From: Podarcis liolepis
Taxonomy: Eukaryota
NCBI GenBank assembly: GCA_965112155.1
Contig: OZ218102.1
DNA: 64,000 bases
Strand: one strand, 5' to 3'
Part shown: piece after piece, positions 37,701-49,900 of the stretch
Layout: every line of letters begins with the position of its first letter
Numbering within the stretch: the first letter of the stretch is position 1
The notes under the pieces: model-generated
What the model saw: the letters and a program-made list of their open reading frames with translations, nothing else
Databases searched by the model: none
What the model was told of the DNA's origin: nothing
Program-made: the position numbers and the translations under genes

Positions 37701-40700
37701 ATTTATTATTTTTTCTGGTCTGCTCATAATGTGCTGTGTTGGTTTTCTGTAATCAAGGAAAAGGGAAATCTCCACTGCTGGTGGCTGTGGTGCACACCTT
37801 GGAGGCCAGATCTGCCACCTCCTTGGCAAACAAGCACTTTTGCACATTGGTGACGTGTGTGGAAAAACAGATCTCAGTGAGCAGAAGGAACCGCTCCTCT
37901 GTATAATATCTAGATATCAATATTGGAAGAATGGCGGATTACTAAGGCACTGGTGCCACTCTGTTAAAAACAACAAGATGTGAGTAGGGACACCAAAATC
38001 TGAGGAGAAATTCAGATGGAAGGATTTTATTTATTTTTTGGTAAATATCCCTAGTTATGAATCTGTTTTTGCTCCTCTCCTCTCCCATCAGTAAAAAAAA
38101 GTCCTGCTATTGAGCTAGTTATTCTAGTGTGTATCACTCAAGTTATTCTGATCTTCATAATACAACCAGTAAGCCTTAATAATTATTTGTGTTTCATTTG
38201 CTTTTACTGTACCTGGCTGAAACGTTGGTTGTGAAAGAGACACAATCATTTACAAAAGTCAGTGGAGTGGTTCCTGTGATGTCTTCCCACTGAGCTGGTG
38301 AAGTACCTCCTAGGAAATAAAAGATGAAGTCACACTTGTTTAAAGGGATCTGAATTTTTCCATAGATCTGAAATAGTGCTTTTGGACTTTGGCCAAAGCC
38401 ATCTGTCTCCACCCCAGCAGTCCACTGGACAAGAAGGGGGACAGTTAAGGAGAGAGAAAGGGGTGTTGGGGGTGTGTGTGGAGAAAAGGGGGCGTGACAA
38501 AAAGAGAGAAAGGTGGTGACCCCACATACTGCTGGCTTCGGCTGATTCCATATGTTATATGGAAGATGCTCCTGGGGGAAATGCGACTCTTGAGAGAGAG
38601 GAAGAGGAAAAGTTTGCCCAATTTAGAAAAGATATGTTGAATGAATGGGGATGCCCTTCCTTATGCCTTTGCCTAACCTGTTATGCTACACAGTAGCCGA
38701 AGGCTGGGTGTCGTGTCTCCTTTGTATCCATTGGTTATCCCTTCCCCTGATGGGGGTGGCACAGGAATTGTCATGGTGATTGGCTTATGGAATTTTCTTC
38801 TTCTTGGTTCCACAGTGACAATGGGGCTGAATGTTGCTTTGTTACCAAGGATTTTCTTGACTGTTTCATCTGGAACTGGTTGAGCCTATTTTCAATATAG
38901 GAAAAAGAGATTCTAAAATCATGGGATATAAGATTCTCAAACATGCAATTTATAATTACAGTTAGGTAGCCATGTTGGTCTGCCATAGTCGAAACAAAAT
39001 AAAAAAAATCCTTCCAGTAGTACCATACTTTACCTAGATGTTATTTTTCTGTAAAATTTCTGTTGCTGGTATACACCATAAATGCTACACAAATCCAGGA
39101 TTTTAGGGTAAAATTCCATTACAGAAGAGCTGCTCCTTTTATTAACAGGCCAGATTGGACAGTGCACCTCTTAGGAAGTGGTGTACTGTGTAGAGGGGAG
39201 CGTGTGGACAGGTCCTCTGCTCACTGTCCCACCTCTGCCATTCGCACATGCTGCCTATGCATGTAGGGTTTAATGCATGCAGGTAAGGAATGTGGTTGAT
39301 TTCCTCATTATATCAGGAAGTGTGTGTGTGTGTGTGTGTGTGTGTACATATGTTGAACTATAGGCATATATACAGCATTTGCATAATCCATCCTTGTGTC
39401 TACATGAAGGAATGGTGGGCAGGCTGAAGCTGCAGGCACTCATTTCCCTCAACTTGTTAGGCCAGATCTAGGGAGGTACATCATCTGATCCAGCCCCACT
39501 AAACCTTACTTCTGGTTTTCAAAAATGCAAAGAAAGGTACATCTTATTACCTGCAGGCCCACTCGTATCCGCTTAGTTAATGCTCCTTCAGGGAAGGAAG
39601 CCTGGACTCGAGGCACAGTTGTGCTGCTCAGAATGCCACCCTCTGGACCAATCTGGTTGCTTTCTTGCTTAATTCGTGAAACCACAGCAAAGTACTGAGG
39701 AAAGTCCTTCGTGACAATTCTGCAGATACGCTTCTTCTCAAGTTCCTCTGCGCTGTCCAATTCTATGCAAGGGAAAATCAGAAATGTTTATAAATATTTA
39801 TAAATATTACTGATCAGGTATTGTGAGTGGGCTTTTAAAGAGAGTTGCAGCCTTGTCCAAGAAAGTCTTCGAGTTGCTTTGAATACTAATGCACATGCTG
39901 TCCTCAATGTAATGTTTTCTGGAAGAACCTCTTCCTGTTCCATTTCAAGGCTGAAAAAAATCTGTAACGGCAAGCTAGACTTAACATCAGTTTTGTTGGA
40001 TTTGAACACCCAGCCTGAATAGGAATTCGGTGTAACTCAGTAATGCACAGACTGCACTGTGAATACTGATTGGACCACATGAAAGATACTATTTTTTTAC
40101 TCTTATTTACTCCTTTCTGGTTCAACATGGCTATTTCATTTTGATCTGATAAAGGGCTAAGTAATCACCTTTAAAATCAACCTGATGACAGAAAGGTGTA
40201 TTAATGAAAGGAACAAAACGTGACTCTGCATCCAAACTTTTTTTGTTTGGAGTTTTGGTTTATTGGGAGACGAGAAGTATCTCATAACTCAGTTGGTTAG
40301 ATTAGCTCATGGTGGTCTGATCTGAGGAAATACCAGATGAATATAAAAAATATTATTTATGCATTTAATAAATGAATACCTCACCATTCAATGTGCAACA
40401 TTTCTGGGTTATATGTTCCACTTTTAAAGGCTGGTTCCATTTTTACAGGTCTACAAATTACGTTTTGGTTCTAATATCTAGCTTTGCCAGTAGATGGTGC
40501 TGCTTTCATCAAACCCAGTAATTTTTCCCTCATAAAAGGGAAAAGATACACTGAATGGATGGTTTAATTTATCTCACCACTGAGTTAGATAACAAATAAG
40601 TCATAGTATACCCAGACCACTCCTATAAGTCAATCAAGATGGCATCACTTAGGTATGCTGCTTCCATACCATACCACATAGGGCTGATTCTTCAAACATT

Positions 40701-40942
40701 TGTCAGTTTCTCTTCCTTTCCTACACTCACAATTGCATGGAGGAAGCAATGTCTGACTTAGCATGTTCCTGCTTACTGCCACCGGCAGCAATTCAGGTGA
40801 ACACAAATTTTTCAACTGAATACTTGTGAACATTTTCTAACACTGGCATAAACAGAAATAGCAGCAAGAGGGGAAATAATGGATATTCAAACAAAAACTT
40901 GAAGTTAGAGAAATTATGCAGTGGTACCTGCAGTAATAGTTT

Positions 40943-40989
<47 letters not shown>

Positions 40990-43900
40990 TTTTATTTATA
41001 CCTCGCCCTCCCCAGCCAAGACCGGGCTCAGGGCGGCTAACAACCAATAATAAAAACAAGTTGATTAAAATACAATTTAAAAGATTAAGATACAACATTA
41101 AAACAATTAGGGAGCAATGTCTTCATAGGAGGAGAAAGGAAAAGGAAAGAGGGGGAGGGAATCAAATTGGCTCCAAGCCAAAGGCCAGGTGGAACAACTC
41201 TGTCTTACAGGCCCTGCGGAAAGAGATCAGATCCCGCAGGGCCCTGGTCTCAAGAGACAGAGCATTCCACCAGGCTGGGGCCAGTGTTGAGAAGGCTCTG
41301 GCTCTGGTTGAGGCTAATCTAACTTCCTTAGGGCCCGGGACCTCTAGGGTGTTGCTATATGTGGACCTTAAGGTCCTCCGTGGGGCATGCCAGGAGAGGC
41401 GGTCCCGTAGGTACGAGGGTCCTAGGCCGTGAAGGGCTTTAAAAGTCAAAACCAGCACCTTAAATCTGACCCTGTACTCCACCGGGAGCCAATGCAGCTG
41501 GAAAAGCACTGGGTGAATATGCTGCCATGGCAGAGACCCTGTGAGGAGCCTCGCTGCAGCATTCTGCACCCGCTGGAGTTTCTGGGACAGCTTCAGGGGC
41601 AGCCCTGCGTAGAGTGAATTGCAGTACTCAAGCCTGGAGGTGACCATCACATGGATCACTGTGGCCAGGTCGGGGCGGGAAAGGTAAGGGACCAACTGTT
41701 TGATGCGGCGAAGGTGGAAAAATGTCGCCTTGGCTGTTGTTGTACCCTGCGCCTCCATGGAAAGGGAGGCCTCAAGGATTACACCCAAACTCTTAACAGA
41801 AGGCAATGGCACTAATTGGGCCCCCGCAAGAGAAGGGAGTTGGTCCCTCATCCCCATACCATCCCGACCCAGCCAGAGGACCTCTGTCTTTGAAGGATTT
41901 AGTTTCAATTGGCTCCCACGAAACCATCCAGCCACAGCTTCCAAACATCTGGTCAGTATGTCAGGGATTGAGTTGGTCTGGCTATCCATCAGCAGATAGA
42001 GCTGAGTGTCATCAGTATATTGGTGACAACCCAGCCCAAAGCTCCGGATAATCTGGGCAAGGGGGCGCATAAAGATGTTAAAAAGCATCGGGGAGAGGAT
42101 TGCGCCCTGTGGTACTCCATATGGGAGTTGGAACTTAAGAGGTTAAGTTGTTCCCATGATGCCTCAGCATTCTGACGTCAGGAATGGAAGCTGGGAGGAG
42201 CTTTCCTGTCTGTTCCTCTCTAGTCGTTGAGAGAGAGAGGGAGTTTGCCATGTCTGCGAGAAGTCCTGGAAATATCTGAGAAAATGATGCAATAAAAGAG
42301 CTGTAAATGGACATTACTATGCTCTGTGTGTTTGTGGGAAACTGAGTGACAAGTTGCTGCTGTGTTTGACTCTGCTGGGCGTGACGGAGAAGAAGGAGCA
42401 GATTCGCGCAGAGGAAGTGTGCCGGACCTGCCGAAGCTGCCATAAAGAGCTAATTGCCGATAGTAAATCAATTAGCACGTCACGGACTAATCAAAATACC
42501 TACACTCCACACACCAAGGGGTGGCGCGACGACAACTCCCTCCCTAGTGCCACCCTCTGTCCCCGACCAGAGATAAAAGAGCACAGCCATTTATGGGCTA
42601 TGCCCTGTATCCCCACATCGGCGAGGCGGTGGTCCAAAAGATCATGATCGATCATGTCAAATGCTGCTGACAAATCTAAGAGAATCAGCAGTCCCGACCC
42701 GCCTCGATCCAGTTGTCTGCGGAGATCATCTGTTAGGGCGACCAGAGCCGTCTCAGTTCCAAAACCAGGACGGAACTGGACTGAAATGGATTTAAAGCCA
42801 ATGTTTCCTCTAGAAACCTACCAAGCTGGTCAGCAGCTGCTCTCTCAATTACCTTACCCAGATATGGGAGATTTGAAACTGGGTGGTAATTGGATAGATC
42901 TAAAGGATCTAGTGAAGTTTTCTTTAAGAGCGGACACACCATTGCTTCCTTCAGCTCCCCTGGGAATGTCCCTGTGTTAAGGAACAAATTGATAATTTCA
43001 ACCAGAGGGGTCCGCGCGATATCTGGGCATGCCCTAATCAGCCAAGATGGGCACGGATCGAGGAGGCAGGTGGTGGGCCTACCAGCTTGGAGCAGTCTAT
43101 CCACATCTGCAGGGAGTATCTGATTGAAATGTTCTAACACTGGACCCGAAGACAGTCAAGGGGTCTCCAGTTCTGTCACTGTATCTAAATTGGCAGGGAG
43201 GTCACGGCGGAGCAACAGGACTTTCTCCGCAAAAAAGCTCGCAAATGCCTCACAGCTGTGGGTTGAATTTGTGCTTAATTTTGGTTGTCCTCCTAAGGAC
43301 GTTATTGACCTAATTATTCTAAAAAGTTGTGCCGGGTGAGAGCTAGCGGATGCAATGGAAGCTGCAATTTCTTAGCAGCTTTCATAGCCATCTCATAGGC
43401 TTTCATAAGCGTCCTATAAGATGTTCTTTGAGCTCCGTCATGAGTCCATCGCCATACTCGCTCTAGCCGTCTGAGATCCCGCTTCATTTTCCGGAGCTCC
43501 TCGGTAAACCAAGGGACCCAGTTTCGACGGGGTTGCAGAGGGCGCTTGGGCTCAATCTCATCGATGGCCGCCAAGAGCTGGTTATTCCAGTCCTAGACAA
43601 GGTCATCTAATGAGTCGCCAGGAGGAGCAAGGTCCCTCAAGGCAAGACAGAATCTATCAGGATCCATCAGTTTTCGCGGGCGAGCCCAAATAGGCTCGCC
43701 ACCCAAGCAGGGGAGGAGCGGGAAGTCAATCTTGACTTTCAGAGCGTAGTGATCAGACCATGGCACTTCCACAGGGGGGAGCATTATCACATTTATGCCA
43801 GCACCAAAGATCAAATCCAGTGTGTGGCCTGCTTGAGGGGCCGGGCCCATAACAAACTGGGAGAGCCCCAGTGTTGCCATGGAAGTCACTAGGTCCAGAG

Positions 43901-46900
43901 CCTGTGAGGAGGAGGAGGCATCAGCATGGACGTTGAAGACTCCCAAAACCAATAGGTTTGGGAACTCCAAGGCCCACCCTGCCACCACCTCCAGCAGGTC
44001 TGACAAGGTGGCTGCCGGATGCGTTAGGTGGTCGGTACACCAACCAGACAGCCAAGTTCTCCTTGGTGCCCCACAAAACAACAACACATTCAATGCCGGA
44101 GATCGCCAGTGGTGGCAGAGCCCTGAAAAAGCAATCCTCCCGGATCAACAACGCTGCTCCCCCCCCCCGACCCACAGTCCCTGATTGATGGAGAACAGAG
44201 AAACCTGGAGGTGTTATCTCATGTAGGGAGATTACTTCGCCTTCCCGTACCCAGGTCTCTGTCACGCAAGCCAGGTCAATCCCCTGCGAGACAAAAAAGT
44301 CACACATGGTGGCGGTTTTATTGCCTATGGACCTGGCATTGCACAACACCAATGACGGAGGTGGGTGATCCCTGCTCGCCCTACCCTTGTCCCTTGAGAC
44401 GGGGCGTAGATTGGAAGGGGTTCTAGCATCACTGCATCTCAAAACCCTTCGCCGATAGTGATATTTAGCCCCACCGCCATTCTTCCCTAGCCCTTCAATA
44501 GTGGGAATCCCAGACCCCATACTAGCCTCCCCAATAGAGGGGTAAGATCTCACTAACAAGTCATCTCTGGGCCAGGACTCTTGGGTCAGAATGATATGGG
44601 GAAGAGGTGAAGGTTTGATAGGGTAATTATCCCTAGAAGATAAAACCCAACCAACCGCACGCTGAGCAAAGATGTTCAGTTCCTCTGCCAATGAGGCATC
44701 AGTCTTAGCCATGTTCCTTGTATTGCCCTTGTAGTTGGTTAGGTGCTGCAGTCGTTGCCACACTCGTTTCATGATGTTATTGGCTAAATAATTTTCCACC
44801 TTAAGCTTATACTGTTGTTTTGCTGCCTTAATGCCTTTTTTGAGATTTATTCTCGCCTCTCTGTATATGTCTATATTCCCTGTTTTAAAGGCAGAATCCT
44901 GCAGTCATCCATGGTTTACAGTTCCCATAGAGTCTAATGCATCTCTGCGATGTTACATTATCGATGCACACTTTAATATAGGAGAGTATAGCATCTGTGT
45001 ATCTATGCAGATCTTGATGTTCAAACACACGCCAATCAGTGCTCTCAAAACAATCCTGGAGCTGACTAAGAACACCCTCTGGCCAAGTTCTAACTGTTTT
45101 TATAACTGACTGAATTCTTCTCCTGAGAGGGATGTACTTCGGACATAGAAAAACTGAAGAATGGTCGGATGAGCCTAAGTGGGGGAAGGGGATTGCCCTG
45201 TATGCCCGTTTCAAATTGGAATACGCGAGATCTAGAATATTCTGTCCTCTAGTGGGAAATTTCACAAACTGTTCAAACTTAGGAAAAACCCTCTTTAGGC
45301 AGGCTTGATTGAAGTCCCCTGCCACAACAATGGTGTCCTCTGGGTGGATTTGCTGCTGCTCGGAAATGACATCATATAGCTTAGAAAGTGCCGCATTGAC
45401 ATTAGCATCGGATGGAATATAAACAGCTATAATAATTATGACAGTTACTTCTCTAGGCAAATAAAATGGCCGACATGTAACTGCCATCAACTCTAGATCT
45501 GGGGAGCAATACGTGTAAGCTACTTTGCTGTTAACGCACCAACCATTGTGTATGTAAATACAGACTCCTCCGCCCCTAGCTTTACCAGAATCACTGTTTC
45601 TATCAGAGCGATAAATTATTCGATTTATCAGCTCAACTGCCGCATCCGGTACTGCTGAATGTAGCCAAGTTTCTGTAATATTTACCACACAGCTCTCACA
45701 AAGAAGCTTGTTTGCTGCCATCAGTAACTGTAGTTCGTCAATTTTGTGGGTGAGAGATCTGGTGTTGGTCAAGAAGACGCTTGGCAGTGCTGGTCTCGTG
45801 GGTCTTTTTCGAAGCCGGGTTAACAGACCAGCTCTGCAACCACATTTTTGCTTTCACTCTTTTCTCTTTCGCTTCTTTCGGCACTTCCCCCTCCTGTTGA
45901 CAATCCATAGAGATCCTGGAGGTCTTACTATGCAGTTTGATATACAATGGGACCTTTGAAACTCTCTAGTTATCTCTATTTTTCTTGTGAGCCCGATGTT
46001 TACCAGTTTTGTGCGTGAGTAGGTGAGGTATTGGGAGCTCAGAGCCGCAGCGTATGAACGCGCTGCCATCATGGAACGCTAAGTTAAATGAGCATCATTA
46101 ATTCACTTCTGTAACAAATAATTGGGATACTGAAATATATTTCTTAACTGCAAATAGGTTCTTTGGTTGTGTATTTTTCTGCTGGCAAGCATAACAGCAT
46201 ATATGGTATTATATCCATGCCACATGGCACTGTGGTAACGCTATTTGTCTAGTCACCGCCTAATTCACCTTTAATCATTCAAAAACAAACCCAACACATG
46301 TTTCTACTTGCTATTTGCCCAGGCCAAAACAGTAACAGTGCATATATACCTTCATTCATGCCGTTCAGTATTTCAGTGAGGTTTTCATGCCTGCTGTCAT
46401 ACTGATGTTCCTTCCACGTTTCACCGTTTTCACTTCGAAGCACAATCAGTTCTCTTTCCTTTCCTCGCATCGATCCAAAATGAGGGATTTCCACTATGAC
46501 AGGACTACACCAAATAAAAGAAGAAGAAGAAGCAATTCATATTGTACATGCGTTTTTTCAGTTTACTAAGTGCTGCTCCCTTACTCAAGAGTTGTCTGTC
46601 ACACAGCTACAAGTGCGCTCATGGGGGGAAATGGTTAATAATTGGCAAAGCTGCAAAACCCTTTCCAATTCAAATTGCAAGGTTTTTTGTTTGTTTGTTT
46701 TTGTTTTCAATAATCCACTCCAATTACACACTTAGATAAGCACGCACAGGAGTGCTGACATACATCAATTTACACAGACAACAAAAACAAGTTACAAAAA
46801 TGCATATAAGCAAATAAAAAGAAAGGGTTTCAGCAGGCAAGCTTAGATCCTGCACTTGGCTATGCATACATAATGCTATTTACTCAGGGCTGTGTGTACT

Positions 46901-49900
46901 CGGCACTTAACACACATAAACATTTGGCTGTGTCAAAGTAACCCGTGTTCCGTGTCTAGAAAAGCTGAATTCTTTCAACCAGCATTAATATGCAACCTAA
47001 GCCAGTCTGGACAACTTATTTGACTCTGTACAATTTATTCTGCTTCTGCTAGTCACAGGAAGAAGGAAGAAGCAATGCCAGGGCACTGATGCACAGGACC
47101 CTGATTGCTGGAAATCTTCTTTTTCAACACTTTGTTTTGAGACTTCACCTGATGCTCTCCACCCAGTTGCAAACTTACTTTTAAAAATTGTTTCTAAAAA
47201 GTGAAACTCAGAGTTTGAATTTTGCTTTTCTTGTGCTTGAAGAACTCTGTGCATATGCAATGCTGTTTACTTAGCGCTGTGTGGGAGCTTTGACTTAAAA
47301 TAAAGAAAATGGGGGGGGGGGAGAGAAGAGAACTAACAATTTGCACCAAAGCTCATTTCCCCAGCCAATATATATTGTGGAAATTCGCCAGATTTGCAAG
47401 TTTTGCTCACTTTGCCTGATTTAAATATATTTAAATACGCTAAATAACTTTAAATATGTTTTAATCTTGGGAGGAGTAAGGAGGTACAGATGTAGAAGGA
47501 TATAAAAAAGCACTGAAGTTCCATCCTCTTACCACTGGGCAATCTTAATTACCCATGCAATTTCAAGTCCATGTGCATGGTCATAAAGACTAGACATTAA
47601 AAAACAACAACCAGGGAGAGCACTGAAAGTCTCAGGAAGTTGAATTTGGCACCCAGTACTATAGACTCTACTTTTCTGCCCTTGCACAGAATCACAGAAT
47701 ACACACAGCCCTTAAACAATTATCAACGGGCGATGCACCAGCATAGGCAAAGACCAACTTGATTCTAAGGTGTAGAAGAGACACAGTCAGATATAAAACA
47801 AAAAACAAGCAAACATAAGTTCATTTTGCTGGCATGCCATATTTACATTGACTTTAATGGAAAGTGTACATTTTGATCCAATGAAATCTTTCATACAAAG
47901 AATTAATGCAACTGAAAATATATATAGTCTAATTTTATAAAATAACGTGCAGCGCAATCCAATGCACGAGGAGTTCAGTGGGGAATAAGCCTGCAGAAGA
48001 CTGGGCTATGAGAACCTGTATTGTGACTCCTATTTTCCTCCAGCACCATTTGTGTGAGCATGTGTTTCTTTTCAAACACTACATATACTAAAGCCCCTGG
48101 TAAATATTGATCGTATAGGGACAAAACTGTAGCAGTTTTAGTCACTTACGGGAGCATCTGCATGCCAGAATGGCTTGATGTGATCTTCCTCATATGTCAA
48201 AGAAAACCTACTGGTATTAGTCTAGGATTGTAGAAAAGATTGGCTCAACAACTTAACCTGGAGGATTTGAGGAAATATTTTGGTCCTTATAACTTACAAT
48301 CAGTCCAGGGGCTGGGGCTGCCTGTCCACTTCCTTCTCCCTGGCCTAAGTTTCCACTTGTGGAACTTAGCAGGGAGGAGGATGGGTACAAAAGCAGAATT
48401 AGTTTGCTCCATCTGTCACTGGCTCTGGCCTATGTTGGTCTCCCTGTCTTCCACACTTTCACAATGGGCACCACTTCAAACAGCTAACTAATGGGTGGTC
48501 TAGCTCTTGGCTGCTGAATTCAGCAGCACAGGCCTGCACAACCTCTTAACTTTTAAAACCAAACACACTTATTTGTGGTGAAGGGCCTGCAATCCCTCCT
48601 ACCCGCCTCCATGTTAACAACAGAAAGAGAGATTTATTCAGCCTCTGATGGTCAGCCATACATATCTGGTGAGCTGTGCTCAGCTTGGTAGGTACAAAGT
48701 TGTGTAGGCCTCTGACAGAACCATGATCTTATGTAGCTGTATTTATCTTGGGTAGCTGGTCGGATCCATTTGCACCCCTACTTAAATAATACACCTAGTG
48801 TTACCTGACTGTGTGCCTTCAACCAAAGATTACAAGAGCATAATTAAGTGGCCAGTGTAATAAACGAACAGGTTGTTTTCCGTGCCTTTTTTTCTTTTTT
48901 TAATAAAATGGAAATCTTTGCTCATGGGCAAGGAAAGCCTTTGAAGTATTCCATCAGAGAAACACGAGCAGTTATGGATTATGCAGCCTTAAGACATTTA
49001 AACAGACAGTATCATTAATTTCCCACAGAGGTTGTACTTAGCTTTGCTTATATATATATATAGAGAGAGAGAGAGAACACCTCACCATTCTGCATAAACA
49101 TCAAAGAGTAGCAGCGCTACTAGCTGAGACTTTCTTCAGCTGTTACATTTTTTTCTTTTACAAGGGAGAATCAGAAACAGTAATAGCAGTATTTTTTAAG
49201 GCAATTTAGGGTATGACCCAACTAATCACTTTTACATCTCATTGATTTCAATGGGTGCATTAAGCCATTGTTTAAATCACCCCAATGGGATGAAAAAGTG
49301 CTCCGTTTCTGACAGATTGTGGGTTTATTTTTGTGAAGTGCCAAATATTCTAGTGTTGCATTTGGTTATTGGTTCTATCATCTCAACAAGAGATGGATGA
49401 TAGCAGTTCCACTTGTTTGCCTAATGTTTGTGCAGGCCTTGCAAAACAGAAAATGTTTAAGCCCATTGAAAACTATCCTATGAATACAATCTTTGCAGGC
49501 GAATATGTAAGATACTGTCTCTCTGTATAAGACGCACACAGTTTTGTGCATGAACATAAACAATACTCACAGAGAAGGTATTAGACAGGTATTGAACACA
49601 GGACTTGGAACAACATGCTACGTTAGAACCTCACAAGCTCTGAAGGCAGGCAGTCAAAATAGTCAAATCTTCCCAAGATTTTAAATATTAATATCACAGT
49701 TTTCTAATAATTGTAAATAGATATACACAAAATTCATACTTTGTTTTCAAACCTGAAATATAATTCAGTTTTAGAAGGGTTAACATTTTCACCAATCTTA
49801 TTCAACCAGATCATTTACTGAATTTTATTGAACAAGACAGAACTTTGGTCACAGGGGTGGCCAAACTGTCACTCCTGGGCATTTCAAGATACATACAGAG

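Noticed and set aside
41162-44799. L2 as an active or domesticated RT gene
   Set aside because: Multiple frameshifts, YADD changed to YTDD and an LTR insertion within the RT domain
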